Shown: positions 41,589 to 52,185 of the stretch, piece after piece
Layout: each line of letters begins with the position of its first letter
Position numbering within the stretch: the stretch's first letter is position 1
Assembly: GCA_963696385.1 (NCBI GenBank)
Contig: CAVOKF010000008.1
Coordinates: 320,001 to 384,000, forward strand
DNA length: 64,000 bases
Origin: an uncultured delta proteobacterium
GTDB taxonomy: Bacteria > Myxococcota_A > Polyangia > Polyangiales > Polyangiaceae
Direction: 5' to 3'
Program-made: the position numbers and the translations under genes
The notes under the pieces: generated by a model
What the model saw: only the letters and a program-made list of their open reading frames with translations
The model's database searches: none
Told to the model about the DNA's origin: nothing

Positions 41589-42473
41589 ATGATGCTCTTT
41601 CGCACGGCCGCGTTGGGTTTGGCGTGGATGTCGCTCGAGGTCGGCCCGTCGTTGGGCCTCGCAGCGACTCTTGTCGGCTGCAAGGATCCCGCGAAGGAGA
41701 GCGCCGGCCGCGCCGCCCACGACGACGCCTTTCTCGCGGACCTCGTCGACAAGGACGTGGCCGAGGTCGAGCGGGGAATGCCCGATGGCGCGACGCGTTT
41801 AGCGCCGCTCGTCTCCGGCGCGAACGACCCCCGACAAGACGTCGCCGGCGTCCGCCGGGCGTTGCTCCATATGCGACGCGACGTCGTCGACTTGAACATC
41901 GCGAAATCGACATTCTTTGCACTCGCCGATCCGAGCGGCATCGCCATTCGAAATGATCTGGAAGAGGACGTCATGGCGGGGCAGAATCTCTTCGCCGTTT
42001 TTCCGGCCCTCGTCCAAGCGAAAGACCGGTTCGTCACGACGACGGGGGCGTTCCCAAACGGCGCCGTCCACGGGGAGCCCGACCGAGATTGGATTGCAGG
42101 GATTCCCGTCAAGCGGTCAGACGGTTCGACGGGCGCGGTCTTGGTGACTGGATGGTCCTACCGCTATTTCGCCCGTCATTTGCAGGCCACGCTTCAATCG
42201 CACCTCATCGACGAAGCGAAGTCGTCGGGTAACGACGGCAAGCTGCCTATCTATTACGTCGCCGTATTCGATGCGACTGGCGTCTACTCGGCCCCGCTGA
42301 CGCCCAAAGTGGACGAGGTTAGCCTGACGAACGAGGACTTGGTCGCGAAGACGGCCCAGGGTCCGGTGACCGGAACCATTCGCATCACAGGGACCGACTT
42401 CGGCTTCGCCGCGCAACGTACGCCGAGGATCGCACCGGACACGGGCGTCGTCGTGCTTCGCAGCGAACTGTGA
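41589..42473 (+). CDS. Probable lipoprotein with Cache-like fold
   Basis: Lipobox LVGC; FALADPSGIAI and AVFDATGVY PAS/Cache-like strands. Confidence 0.6.
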   Translation: MMLFRTAALGLAWMSLEVGPSLGLAATLVGCKDPAKESAGRAAHDDAFLADLVDKDVAEVERGMPDGATRLAPLVSGANDPRQDVAGVRRALLHMRRDVVDLNIAKSTFFALADPSGIAIRNDLEEDVMAGQNLFAVFPALVQAKDRFVTTTGAFPNGAVHGEPDRDWIAGIPVKRSDGSTGAVLVTGWSYRYFARHLQATLQSHLIDEAKSSGNDGKLPIYYVAVFDATGVYSAPLTPKVDEVSLTNEDLVAKTAQGPVTGTIRITGTDFGFAAQRTPRIAPDTGVVVLRSEL

Positions 42474-42483
42474 CGGCCCCCCC

Positions 42484-42693
42484 TCAATCGGATGGTTGTC
42501 GGCCCATGCGGTGAATGCCCCAGGCCAGAAGGACCCATCCGACGACCACGAGAACGCCGCCCGCCAACGGTTGCGTCTGAATCCTCGCGTCCGAACCGGC
42601 TCCGACGATCGGGGTCGTGCTCGCGACGGCAAGACCGAGGGTGGTGACGACGGCGCCGGTCGCGAGCCCAACCTTGGCCGTCACACGAACCAT
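42484..42693 (-). CDS. Small two-TM membrane protein
   Basis: ATG at 42693; two hydrophobic helices; fills the gap between neighbours. Confidence 0.55.
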   Translation of the reverse strand: MVRVTAKVGLATGAVVTTLGLAVASTTPIVGAGSDARIQTQPLAGGVLVVVGWVLLAWGIHRMGRQPSD

Positions 42694-42741
42694 GCTGCCG
42701 GAGGCTAGCGGATGGGGGACGGTTGCCGCTAGGTTCTGGCC

Positions 42742-44304
42742 ATGCCGCGCTTCGCCGCCATCGACGTCGGCTCCAATGCGCTTCGCCTTCGCGTCACCGA
42801 GGCCACGGCCCCATCGCATCCGGTCAAGTCGTTGACGCCGCAATCGCCGGACAATCCGTGGCGCGACCTGGCCACGCTGCGAGCGCCCGTTCGTCTCGGC
42901 CACGAAGTGTTTCTCACAGGCCGGCTGGCGCCCGCCTCGATCGGTCAGGCCTGCGACGCGTTGCGCCAGTTCAGAGACGAGATGGACCGCTGGAAGGTCG
43001 ACGCCTACCGCGCCATCGCGACGAGCGCCGTGAGAGAGGCCAAGAACGGCGGCACCCTGGTCGAGCGCGCGCGCCGCGAAGCCGGAGTCGAGCTCGAGGC
43101 CATCGAGGGTATCGAAGAGGCGCGGCTCATCCAATTGGCCGTCACCCGCCGACTCGCGCTGAACGACAAGCGCGCGCTTCTCGTCGACGTGGGGGGCGGA
43201 TCGACCGAGCTCACCCTACTCGACCGCGGGACCGTGGCGTTCACGATCTCGCTTCCGCTCGGGACCGTGCGAATGCTGGAAGCGTACCTCAAGGGCGCCA
43301 AGACCGTGGATCGAGCCCGCGAGCGACTCCTCGAGGAGGCCATCGATCGCGCGCTCGGCGAAGCCATTCCGCAGCTCGGAAGCGTCGAGGTGTTGGTGGG
43401 AACCGGCGGCAACGTCGAAACGCTGTGGGATCTTTGCCCCGTCAAGGGCACCGCGCGATCGGTCGACCTATCGGCCGCACGGACCATTTTCAAAAAAATG
43501 TGCGCCATGTCGACGAGCGAACGGCGGGATGCCTATCAGCTGCGTCCGGACCGCGCCGACACGATCATCCCCGCGACGGCCATTTTTCTGCGGCTCGCCT
43601 ACGTGTTGAAGTTGACGACGGTGCTCGCCCCCGGCGTGGGACTGGCGGCAGGCGTCCTCGAAGAGCTGGTCGACAAATTCTTCCACGTCTGGGACTCCGC
43701 CGGTGAAGGCGAGCGGGTGCTCGAGGCGTGTACGCGCCTCGGGCGCCGCTACCACTTCGACGAACCGCACGCGCGACAAGTGTGTCGATTCGCCGCCCAG
43801 CTCTTCGACGATCTGCAGCGCGTTCACGCGTTCGGCGATCGGGACCGGCTGCTATTGCGGGTCTCGGCCCTGCTGCACGACATCGGCGACTACGTGCACT
43901 ACAGCGGCCACCACAAGCACAGCCAATACCTGATTGAGCACGCGGACATCATGGGCGTGACGCCCGACGAGCGAGCCATCGTCTCGAACATCGCTCGGTA
44001 TCACCGAAAGGGGCCGCCCGACCCCAGCCATCCATCTTACCGCGACCTCAGCAAGGAGGCGCGCGGCAAGGTGCGCGGACTGGCCGCGATCCTACGAATC
44101 GCCGACGCGCTCGATCGAGAGCACAAGCAGAAGATCGAGAGCGTGCGCGCAGCGGTCGATCGAAGCCTGGGCCACGTCACGCTTTTCTTGCGCGGCGAAT
44201 CCGACCGCGAGCTCGAAGAGTGGGCCGTCCGAGCCAAAGCGTCGCTCTGGCGCGACGAATACGATCTGGAAGTGGTCGTGGCGCACGCCGAGGTCGGCGA
44301 GTGA
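42742..44304 (+). CDS. ppx: Ppx/GppA exopolyphosphatase with HD domain
   Basis: AAIDVGSNALRL, ATSAVREA, DVGGGSTE, ALLHDIG, ADALD. Confidence 0.93.
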   Translation: MPRFAAIDVGSNALRLRVTEATAPSHPVKSLTPQSPDNPWRDLATLRAPVRLGHEVFLTGRLAPASIGQACDALRQFRDEMDRWKVDAYRAIATSAVREAKNGGTLVERARREAGVELEAIEGIEEARLIQLAVTRRLALNDKRALLVDVGGGSTELTLLDRGTVAFTISLPLGTVRMLEAYLKGAKTVDRARERLLEEAIDRALGEAIPQLGSVEVLVGTGGNVETLWDLCPVKGTARSVDLSAARTIFKKMCAMSTSERRDAYQLRPDRADTIIPATAIFLRLAYVLKLTTVLAPGVGLAAGVLEELVDKFFHVWDSAGEGERVLEACTRLGRRYHFDEPHARQVCRFAAQLFDDLQRVHAFGDRDRLLLRVSALLHDIGDYVHYSGHHKHSQYLIEHADIMGVTPDERAIVSNIARYHRKGPPDPSHPSYRDLSKEARGKVRGLAAILRIADALDREHKQKIESVRAAVDRSLGHVTLFLRGESDRELEEWAVRAKASLWRDEYDLEVVVAHAEVGE

Positions 44305-44957
44305 CGGCGATACGGGCAAGGCTTCGGACCGAAGTCGCGGGGTCGCGCCTCGCCGCCGCGCTGACCCTTTCCGCTTCCGTGTCGTGCGTGTCCTCGGCCA
44401 TACCCGACCCGCGCGAGGCCTGCAGCGCTTACGCGGCAGCCGCGTCACGCGGCGACGCGGACGCGCTGTATGGCATGATGACCCAGTCGTCACGGCAACT
44501 GCGAAGCCGGGAGCAACTGCGGAACATCGTCGCGGGCGAACGCGACGACCTCGCCGAGCAGAGCCGAGCGCTCACCGGACCGGACGTTCGCGTCGAAGCC
44601 ACGGCCCGGCTGCGCTTCGCCGATGGCGAGGAAGCCGCCCTCGACCTGCACGGCGGCCGATACTGGATCACGGCGGCTGGTGCCCTGCCCGGAGGGGCGC
44701 GCACTCCGGAGGAAGCCCTCGAACAGCTGCGCCGAGTGATCGCGCGACGCAGCTACGCGGGCCTGATGCGCGTGCTGTCGCCCTCGACGAGGGCGGCCAT
44801 CGAAAACGACATGCGCCGGCTGGTGGATGGACTGAACGAGCCGCGGGCGTTGCCGGTGCAGGTGAGCGGCGACGCTGCGGTCGTGCCCGTTCCAGGCGGC
44901 CATCAGGTCAAGCTGAAGCGCGAGGCGGGAGTCTGGAGAGTCGATGATTTCGATTAG
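44301..44957 (+). CDS. Probable lipoprotein
   Basis: GTGA overlap with ppx; lipobox-like SVSC; C-terminal LKREAGVWRVDDFD. Confidence 0.65.
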   Translation: MTAIRARLRTEVAGSRLAAALTLSASVSCVSSAIPDPREACSAYAAAASRGDADALYGMMTQSSRQLRSREQLRNIVAGERDDLAEQSRALTGPDVRVEATARLRFADGEEAALDLHGGRYWITAAGALPGGARTPEEALEQLRRVIARRSYAGLMRVLSPSTRAAIENDMRRLVDGLNEPRALPVQVSGDAAVVPVPGGHQVKLKREAGVWRVDDFD

Positions 44958-45072
44958 ACCCGCACCCTAACGCGCCGGACGCGGCAGGGGTCCGCGATGC
45001 GTGGAAGGTCGCGCCGGCGAGGGCCCGCGCAACGGGTCGCGCGACCCGCAACGCTCGGCTACAAGTGACCCC

Positions 45073-45858
45073 GTGCGCCGCCAATCGCTGGTCTTTGCGT
45101 CGCTCGCAATCGCCATCGTCGCCGCCAGTCTCGTGGCGGCACCTCACCCGGCCGGTGCCTTCGGCGACGTCGGCGCATTCGACGCACGCGTGCTGCTCAC
45201 CGGATCGCAGACTCGTTCGGCACACGCGAGCGCACCCGCACGCTGGGCCTGGGAGCTCGTCCTGCGCACGAGCGCGCCCGCGCGCCTTCACCCGAGCGTC
45301 GTGCATGCCGACGACGCCGCGATCGTCGACGAGCCGTTTCTCTATTGGAGCGGCGACTCGGAAGTCGCACCGCTCACGGGGGCCGAGGTCGCGGGCTTGA
45401 GACGCTTCTTCGCGCTCGGCGGTGTCCTTCTCGTCGACGATGCCGCGCCCGGGGATGCCGGGACGCCGGGCGCGTTCGGCCAAAGCGCGCGACGCGAGAT
45501 CGCGAGAGTGCTGCCGGACAGTACGACCATCGCGATTGGTGCAGACCATGTCGTGTTTCGAACGTTCTATTTTCTTCGGCGACCCGAAGGGCGCGTGGTG
45601 GGACCGTCGACACTCGACGCAATCGTGCGCGGTGGCCAGGCTCAGGTGCTGTTCAGCGAGAACGACTTGGGCGGTGCTCTGGCACGAGGCGCATCGGGCG
45701 CGTGGGAGCAAACGGTCGTTCCGGGCGGCGAGCTCCAGCGTGAGCATGCCATTCGCCTCGCAGTCAACATCGCCATGTACGTTCTGTGTTCCAACTACAA
45801 AGACGATCAGGTTCACGCGCCCTACTTGATGCGCCGGCGCGCGCTGTCGACGCCGTAA
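45073..45858 (+). CDS. DUF4159-like exported protein
   Basis: Signal peptide; PFLYWSG, LRRFFALGGVLLVDD, DHVVFRTFY, RLAVNIAMY, YKDDQVH. Confidence 0.8.
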   Translation: MRRQSLVFASLAIAIVAASLVAAPHPAGAFGDVGAFDARVLLTGSQTRSAHASAPARWAWELVLRTSAPARLHPSVVHADDAAIVDEPFLYWSGDSEVAPLTGAEVAGLRRFFALGGVLLVDDAAPGDAGTPGAFGQSARREIARVLPDSTTIAIGADHVVFRTFYFLRRPEGRVVGPSTLDAIVRGGQAQVLFSENDLGGALARGASGAWEQTVVPGGELQREHAIRLAVNIAMYVLCSNYKDDQVHAPYLMRRRALSTP

Positions 45859-48084
45859 ATGCTGTCTACCCATTGGGCCCCGAGCGCGGATCTTCCGCCG
45901 TGGGCGGTCTGGCTGGCTTGCATTCTCGCGGTCGCCAATTTTGCCCTCCTGGCCGGCGAGATGCGGCGGAAAAAGCGAGGCGGAGCCGCGACGGCCGCCA
46001 CGGGCTTATTGGCCGTCAGCGTGCTGCTCGCGGCCGTGCTTCGTCCGGCCCGGGTGTCGGCGATCGAAAACCGGGTGGGCGCTCGCGTCGTGGTCCTCGC
46101 CGACACGTCGCGGTCCATGTCGTTGATCGGCGACGACGGGCGCCGACGGCTAGAGGTCCGAGACGAAGTCGTCGCGCGACTTCGGAGGAGCGGTCGCGAC
46201 GCTCGCCTGGTGGTCTTGGGCTTCGGAGAAGGCCCGCCGGCCGCGCTGGCCGACGCCCCCTCGGCGCCCGACGAGAATGCGCGCGCCCCGCACAGCGATC
46301 TCGGAGGCGCGCTTCGGGCCCTCGCCGCTTCGCTGGAGGAGCATCCGGCGGCGGTCATCGTGGTGAGCGACGGTCGCCTCGACGATCCTCCCGAGGACAC
46401 CTCCGACGCGAGCCTGCGAGCGCTCGGCGACCTGCTGCGCGTGCCCATCGACACGGTTGCCACGACGCGCAAAGCCCCCGCCGATGCGAGCGTGCGGCGG
46501 GTCAGCGCGGCCGGGGCCGCCGTGGCCCATGTGCCCCTTCCGCTTCGGGTCGAGATCGGTTGCGCCGGCGGCCTCGTCTGCGACGACGTGGCCGTCACCG
46601 CGCGCGAACTGCGCGAGGACGGCCCGACGACGTTGCTCGCCTCCGGCCTGGCGCACGTCAAGGACGGCAAAGCGACGCTGGACCTGACCATCACGCTGGA
46701 GCGCGCCGGCCCCCGTCTGGTCGAGATCGCCATCGTGGCCCCCTCCGGCGACACGATCCCCGAAAACGATCGCCGCATCCTGGCTTTCAACGTGACCCGC
46801 GATCGCGTGCGGGTGCTTCACGTCGCGGGACGGCCGACCGACGACGTGCGCGCGCTCCGCCAGTGGCTCAAGAGCGACGCATCGATCGATGTCGTCGCTT
46901 TCTTCATCTTGCGCACCCCGACCGACGACGTCCGCGCCACGCAAAACGAGTTGGCGCTCATCCCGTTCCCGGTCGACGAGCTCTTCACCGAGCACCTGCC
47001 GAGCTTCGACGCAGTCGTGCTTCAAGACTTCGACGCCCAGCCCTATGGCCTCGAGAAGTACCTGAGCAATCTCCAACGTTACGTTCGAAGCGGCGGAGGA
47101 CTCGTGATGGTCGGAGGGCAGAACTCGTTCGTAGCCGGCGGCTACGCGGGCACGCCGCTCGCCGACATCTTGCCGGTCGATCTGGACGGATCGGCCAACG
47201 CCACCGGCGCCGACACCTCGCCGTTCACCCCCCAGTGGACGCCCGAAGGTCGTGACGCGCCGCTGCTTGCTGCGCTGCGCGAAGTGGTGGGCGACGATCT
47301 GCCTGAAATGGCCGGAGCCAACGTGCTCGGCGACGTGCGCCCCGGCGGAATCGCACTTTGGTCGCACCCCGCAAGAAAAACTGGAACCGGAGCGAGCATG
47401 CCCGTGCTCGCGATCGGCGACGAAGGAGACGGACGGACGGTTGCCCTGGGCGTCGACGGTACGTGGAGGCTGAAGTTCTCCGCGATCGGAGCGAGGACCG
47501 GAGGCCGCGGGCACGGAGCACTCTGGGATGGGCTGCTCGGGTGGCTGATGCGCGACCCCCGATTCGAGGCCGCCCAACTCGAGATCGTCGGCGGATGCAC
47601 GGCGGGCGTCCCCTCCACACTGCGGGCGCATCTGCCGCCGAGCACCGGACTCGCGGGTCAACCGGTCGAGATCGACATCACGCGCATCGACAAGACGCAA
47701 AGGCCTTGGCGTGTCCACTGGCAGCGCGACGCGGAGACTCTGTCGGCGGGGGTGCCGCTTCCGCCTCTCGAAGCAGGCGCTTACGCGGCGCGCCTGCGGG
47801 TGGGCAGCGGCGCGACCGCGCGACGCGACTTCGCCTGCGAGGCGGGGGGCGACGAGTGGGCGGACTCCCGACCGGACGGCAAGCGCCTCGAGTCCATTGC
47901 GCGCGCGACGGGCGGTTCGTTCGTGTACGCATCGAACGTCGAATCGCTGCCGTTTCCAAAGCCCATCGTCGTGAACACGGAGCGGCACGTGACGCCCGTG
48001 GCGCCGCCGTGGGCCTGGTCGTTCGCGGCCGCGGCACTGCTCGGCGTGCACTGGATCACGCGACGGCGCTTCGGTCTATCATGA
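45859..48084 (+). CDS. Membrane protein with vWA-like and GATase1-like domains
   Basis: N- and C-terminal TMs; DTSRSM and VSDGR (MIDAS-like); ELALIPFPVDELF, YVRSGGGLVMVGG, PLADILPV. Confidence 0.8.
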   Translation: MLSTHWAPSADLPPWAVWLACILAVANFALLAGEMRRKKRGGAATAATGLLAVSVLLAAVLRPARVSAIENRVGARVVVLADTSRSMSLIGDDGRRRLEVRDEVVARLRRSGRDARLVVLGFGEGPPAALADAPSAPDENARAPHSDLGGALRALAASLEEHPAAVIVVSDGRLDDPPEDTSDASLRALGDLLRVPIDTVATTRKAPADASVRRVSAAGAAVAHVPLPLRVEIGCAGGLVCDDVAVTARELREDGPTTLLASGLAHVKDGKATLDLTITLERAGPRLVEIAIVAPSGDTIPENDRRILAFNVTRDRVRVLHVAGRPTDDVRALRQWLKSDASIDVVAFFILRTPTDDVRATQNELALIPFPVDELFTEHLPSFDAVVLQDFDAQPYGLEKYLSNLQRYVRSGGGLVMVGGQNSFVAGGYAGTPLADILPVDLDGSANATGADTSPFTPQWTPEGRDAPLLAALREVVGDDLPEMAGANVLGDVRPGGIALWSHPARKTGTGASMPVLAIGDEGDGRTVALGVDGTWRLKFSAIGARTGGRGHGALWDGLLGWLMRDPRFEAAQLEIVGGCTAGVPSTLRAHLPPSTGLAGQPVEIDITRIDKTQRPWRVHWQRDAETLSAGVPLPPLEAGAYAARLRVGSGATARRDFACEAGGDEWADSRPDGKRLESIARATGGSFVYASNVESLPFPKPIVVNTERHVTPVAPPWAWSFAAAALLGVHWITRRRFGLS

Positions 48085-50591
48085 GCGGCGGCGGCATGGA
48101 GAGCTTGCGCGTTCGCCGTTTCACGTTCGTGGCGGCGCTCGTCGTCTCGATCGTCATCCCCGGGCGCGCCGGCGCACTCGTTTGGCCGGACACCGAGGCG
48201 CGAATCGAACGGGACATGACCGCCTCCGACGCGGCCACGAGGCGCGCTGCGGCACGGGAACTGCGCACGCTCGGACGCGCGCGCGGTGTTCCACTGATCC
48301 TCGCAGCGCTCGCCGATCCGGACGAAGAGGTCCGCCTGTCGGCCGCCGAGGCAGCGATTCGTGTTCGCGCACAGGCGGCCACGGACATCGTCGTCAACTG
48401 GCTGAACGCGCCCGATGTTCGACTGCGCCGCGAGGCGTGTGCCGTGGCGCGGGCGCTGCCGAATCTGCGGGCAGTCGCTCCGTTGGCACGAACCCTGGGC
48501 GACCCCGATGCCGACGTCCGCGCTGCGGCGGCCAACGCGCTCGGCGATCAACGTTCCGCCGACGCCGTTGCGCCGCTCCTCGGGCGCCTCGACGATTCGA
48601 CGCCGGCCGTCCGCATCGCCCTCGTCGCCGCACTGGCCCGTCTCGGGGACCCTCGTGCCGTCGTTCCTCTCGTCGGCAAGATCGAAGACTCGTCCGCGGA
48701 CGTTCGGCAGACGGTCGCCCGAGCTCTGGGCGATCTGGAGGATCCGCGCGCGTCTCCGGCGCTCGTTCTCGCCCTGCGGGACCAAAGCGCGGACGTGCGA
48801 CGCGAATCGCTCGTCGCGCTCGGACGGCTGCGGGCAACCGATGCCATAGACGCGATCGCGACGTTCGTGTCGGACCGGACTCCAACGTTGCGCGTTGCGG
48901 CTCTCGAAGCGCTCGGACAAATGCCGACCCCGGATGCCCTCCGGGTGCTGACGGCCGCGCTCGGTACGGCCGACGATGCGTCGCCTTCGCAGGAGACAAC
49001 GGCGGTGCGCGACGCTCTGGTCACCGCCGGCGACGCCGCCATCCCTGCGCTGCACGCATGGCTAACGGGATCGCCCTCGGCGGCTTCCGCGGCGAGCGCC
49101 GCGTGGGTGCTCGGCGCGCTCCACGCCCGCTCGGAGGCCGACACGGTGGTGGGCGCGATGCGGCGCGGAGAGCTGCCTGCCGCCGCCGCGCTGCACGCCC
49201 TCGCCGGAGCCGGCACGTCGGCACAGTTGCCGATTGTGCTCGAATTTGTCACGGACGCGAGCCCGGCGGTTCGCACCGAAGCCATCGCCGCGACGCTTGC
49301 CCTTCTCGATCCCCATTCGCCCGACGGGCGAGCCGTCGAGCCCCTCGCGGCGGCTCTGCGCGATCCGCGTCCATCGTCGGAGCAAAGGGCGCGCATCGTG
49401 GAGGCGCTCGGGCGCACGGGCGCGCCGCGCGTCGCCCCACTGCTCGCGCAGATGGTCGGCGGGATCGATGCGCGCAACCGCCTTGCGGCGATCGATGCGT
49501 TGGGTCACCTGCGGTCGGAAGCGGCGGACGCCGTATTGATCCAGGCGCTCGGGTCGCCCGAGGCGGAGGTCCGACTGCATGCCGCCGTTGCGCTGTCGGA
49601 GGCCGGCGGGGCGACGGCCCGTGACAGCCTGATCGCGAAGCTCGACGGGGACGACGAGATCGACCAGGACTCGGTTCTGACGGCGCTCGGAGGGGTGCTC
49701 GCTCGGGCGCCAACGGAGTCGGCGGTCGCCAAGCTGTCGTCCATGCTCGGGCTTGCCGCCGGGGCGGACCGCGACGCGATTCTCGAAGCGATCGGGCGCG
49801 CGCGGTTGGAATCGGCGGCGCGAGCGCTCGCGAGCGCCGCCCAATCGGACGAGCCGCTCGACCGAGCCGCGGCCGCCACGCAGTGTGCGGCGCAGGCCGG
49901 GGGCCCCGGCGAAGCTGTGGCCCTCGCAACGGCACGCGCCTTGCTCGACGACGTCGATACCCGGGTTCGTGAACAAGCGGCTTGGTCGCTCGGCACGATC
50001 GGCGGCCAGGCGGACGTCGACCGGCTCCGTTCCCTCGTCCGCTTGGCCGACGTCGGCGGCGCAGCCAATGCCACGGCGGCCCTTGCGCGCATCGCACGGC
50101 GAACGCATTTGCGCGACGCTGCCGGAGTTCTCTGCCCGCTCGTCGGCGACGCACGCGCGTGGGTGCGTGCCAATGCGCTCGCCGGCCTTGCACTCGCCGA
50201 CGCCCGCTGCCCGGGAGGGTCCGCTGAGCGAGCGGCGCTGATCGAAGATTCGAGCGAGCAAGTCCGCGCCGCAGCGGCGCTCGCGGTCGCGCGCCAAGCC
50301 ACCGCCGCCGATCTCCGCGCGCGGGATCGATGCGCGCACGAAGACGTCTCCGGAACCGTCGCGTTTCGATGCAAGAGTGCGTTCACGGCTCCGTCGTCGG
50401 TCGCCAACGCCGTGCTCGTCTACATCGTGCCGGACCGCGCCGACGCGCCGCGCCCCGGCGCTCCGTATGCGCTGCTTCTCGCCGATGGGCTGCTTCGGGC
50501 CGGATCCGCGGATCGCCGGGGTGCAGTATTCGACCCGGCCGCCCCGGAAGGTCTGGTCCAATTGGTGGCGCTTGCGCGCAGTGCGCGTTAG
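48081..50591 (+). CDS. Exported HEAT/PBS-repeat protein
   Basis: ATGA overlap; signal peptide; many L.D....VR..AA.ALG repeats. Confidence 0.85.
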   Translation: MSGGGMESLRVRRFTFVAALVVSIVIPGRAGALVWPDTEARIERDMTASDAATRRAAARELRTLGRARGVPLILAALADPDEEVRLSAAEAAIRVRAQAATDIVVNWLNAPDVRLRREACAVARALPNLRAVAPLARTLGDPDADVRAAAANALGDQRSADAVAPLLGRLDDSTPAVRIALVAALARLGDPRAVVPLVGKIEDSSADVRQTVARALGDLEDPRASPALVLALRDQSADVRRESLVALGRLRATDAIDAIATFVSDRTPTLRVAALEALGQMPTPDALRVLTAALGTADDASPSQETTAVRDALVTAGDAAIPALHAWLTGSPSAASAASAAWVLGALHARSEADTVVGAMRRGELPAAAALHALAGAGTSAQLPIVLEFVTDASPAVRTEAIAATLALLDPHSPDGRAVEPLAAALRDPRPSSEQRARIVEALGRTGAPRVAPLLAQMVGGIDARNRLAAIDALGHLRSEAADAVLIQALGSPEAEVRLHAAVALSEAGGATARDSLIAKLDGDDEIDQDSVLTALGGVLARAPTESAVAKLSSMLGLAAGADRDAILEAIGRARLESAARALASAAQSDEPLDRAAAATQCAAQAGGPGEAVALATARALLDDVDTRVREQAAWSLGTIGGQADVDRLRSLVRLADVGGAANATAALARIARRTHLRDAAGVLCPLVGDARAWVRANALAGLALADARCPGGSAERAALIEDSSEQVRAAAALAVARQATAADLRARDRCAHEDVSGTVAFRCKSAFTAPSSVANAVLVYIVPDRADAPRPGAPYALLLADGLLRAGSADRRGAVFDPAAPEGLVQLVALARSAR

Positions 50592-50620
50592 GCCCAACCC
50601 CCGTTAGCCCGCACGCTCTC

Positions 50621-51253
50621 ATGTCCCGCTCAACCCGCAAGTCGGTAGGCGCGCCCGAGTCGTTCGCCGCGATTTTGGATCGAGCGGGCGAGAGCCGTTT
50701 CGCGCGCCTGCGACCGGCGGTCGCCCCGAAGCTATGGCGCGATGCGGTCGGCGCGCGCATCGCCGAGAGAGCCCGACCCATTTCTCTGTCGTCGGGCGTG
50801 CTGCTGCTGCGCGTCGCGACCAGCGTATGGGCGCACGAGCTGTCTTTGCTGGCCGACGTGGTGTGCGAACGGCTGCGCGAGCGCGGCGTGCAGGCGCGCG
50901 AGTTGCGCTTTCATGTCGGAACCGTTCCGGCCGTCGATCGCCCGCCCGAGCGGCGGGTGGCACGCGTCGTCCCCGCCGCCGACGAGATTCCCCCTGCGTT
51001 GGCGGTTGCCGTCTCGCAGATCGCCGATCCCCACCTGCGCGCGGCGATCGCTCGTGCGGCCGCCGCCAATCTCGCCTGGCAATCGCTCGTGGCACCGCCC
51101 ACATCCGCAGAGGGGCGCATCAGCGAAGCGCAGCGAGGCGCTCGAGCCCCTCGATCCGCTGAACGAGGAAGCGCTCCGCCGGACCAAACGTTGCCTGCTT
51201 GTCGTGCAGAAGGGCCAGATAGTCGCGCAGTCCCGCCAAATCGACGACGTTGA
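50621..51253 (+). CDS. DUF721/DciA-family protein with C-terminal extension
   Basis: WRDAVGARIAERARP.SL..GVLLLRVATSVWAHEL. Confidence 0.8.
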   Translation: MSRSTRKSVGAPESFAAILDRAGESRFARLRPAVAPKLWRDAVGARIAERARPISLSSGVLLLRVATSVWAHELSLLADVVCERLRERGVQARELRFHVGTVPAVDRPPERRVARVVPAADEIPPALAVAVSQIADPHLRAAIARAAAANLAWQSLVAPPTSAEGRISEAQRGARAPRSAERGSAPPDQTLPACRAEGPDSRAVPPNRRR

Positions 51254-51977
51254 CGCGGCGGACGGCTGCGTTCAGCTCGTCGACCACGACGGCTGGACAG
51301 GGACGCTCCTGCGAGCGGTAGAGAGCGACCACGTAATCGAACCAAGCGCCATTTGCCGTCGCCGTCGCGAGCTTGGCCGCCAGACGGGCGACGGCGGCCA
51401 CCAGCGAGCGCGAAAAGCGCTTTCCCCCGCGAGAGGCTTCGGCAATCTCGGTGAGCGGTCCGCTCAGCAATCGCTCTGCTTCTTCGGCGCGCCCCATGGC
51501 CAGCGCCTTCTCCGCAACCCCGCTCAAGAGCGCGAAGGCCTGCGCACGGCGCACCATCGTGGGATCCGTCTCCGCTTCGGCCGTCGCCGCAGAGGCCGTA
51601 GCGGTCGGCGACGGACGGGGGTCGATCGAGGGCGCCAGACTGAGTAGCTTCGGGAGAGTCCGCTTGAACGTTTCGGTACCCCGCTGCTCCCCGTCGAGTC
51701 GAGAATCGACGAGTCTGAGTTCTTGCGACCCGATGACGATTCGATCGCCGGGCCTAATCTCGGTCGGGCCGACGATGCGGCCGCCATTGACGACGACGCC
51801 GTTACGGCTCTGATCGTCCTGAATCGTGACGCTGTCGCCCGCCACGATGAGAACGGCGTGGCGACGCGATACGAGCGGATCGTCGAGCGAAAGCTGGCAG
51901 CCCGCGCTGCGGCCAATCGCGAACGATCCCTCCATCAGCTCTAGGTCGTGATGAAGGTAGCGCAGGCGGAAGCGCAT
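51120..51977 (-). CDS. FHA domain protein
   Basis: IGRSAGCQLSLDDPLVSRRHA...SRNGVVVNG. Confidence 0.88.
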   Translation of the reverse strand: MRFRLRYLHHDLELMEGSFAIGRSAGCQLSLDDPLVSRRHAVLIVAGDSVTIQDDQSRNGVVVNGGRIVGPTEIRPGDRIVIGSQELRLVDSRLDGEQRGTETFKRTLPKLLSLAPSIDPRPSPTATASAATAEAETDPTMVRRAQAFALLSGVAEKALAMGRAEEAERLLSGPLTEIAEASRGGKRFSRSLVAAVARLAAKLATATANGAWFDYVVALYRSQERPCPAVVVDELNAAVRRVNVVDLAGLRDYLALLHDKQATFGPAERFLVQRIEGLERLAALR

Positions 51978-52185
51978 GGGGCTTGGGGATCGGGCTTCGT
52001 CGCGGCGCAAGGCCCCCCCGAACCGAGAATCCCCCATTCTATTACCTTTGGCGCGCGCCGTCTCGCAAGTCTTGCCGAAGGCCTCGAGACGCGATCGGCC
52101 GGGGGGCTTTTTCTCCGGGTCGGGCGCTATGCCCGGGGCGTGTTCACCCGATCGCGGACGCCGCCCGTCGTCTCGATGGCGCTCT

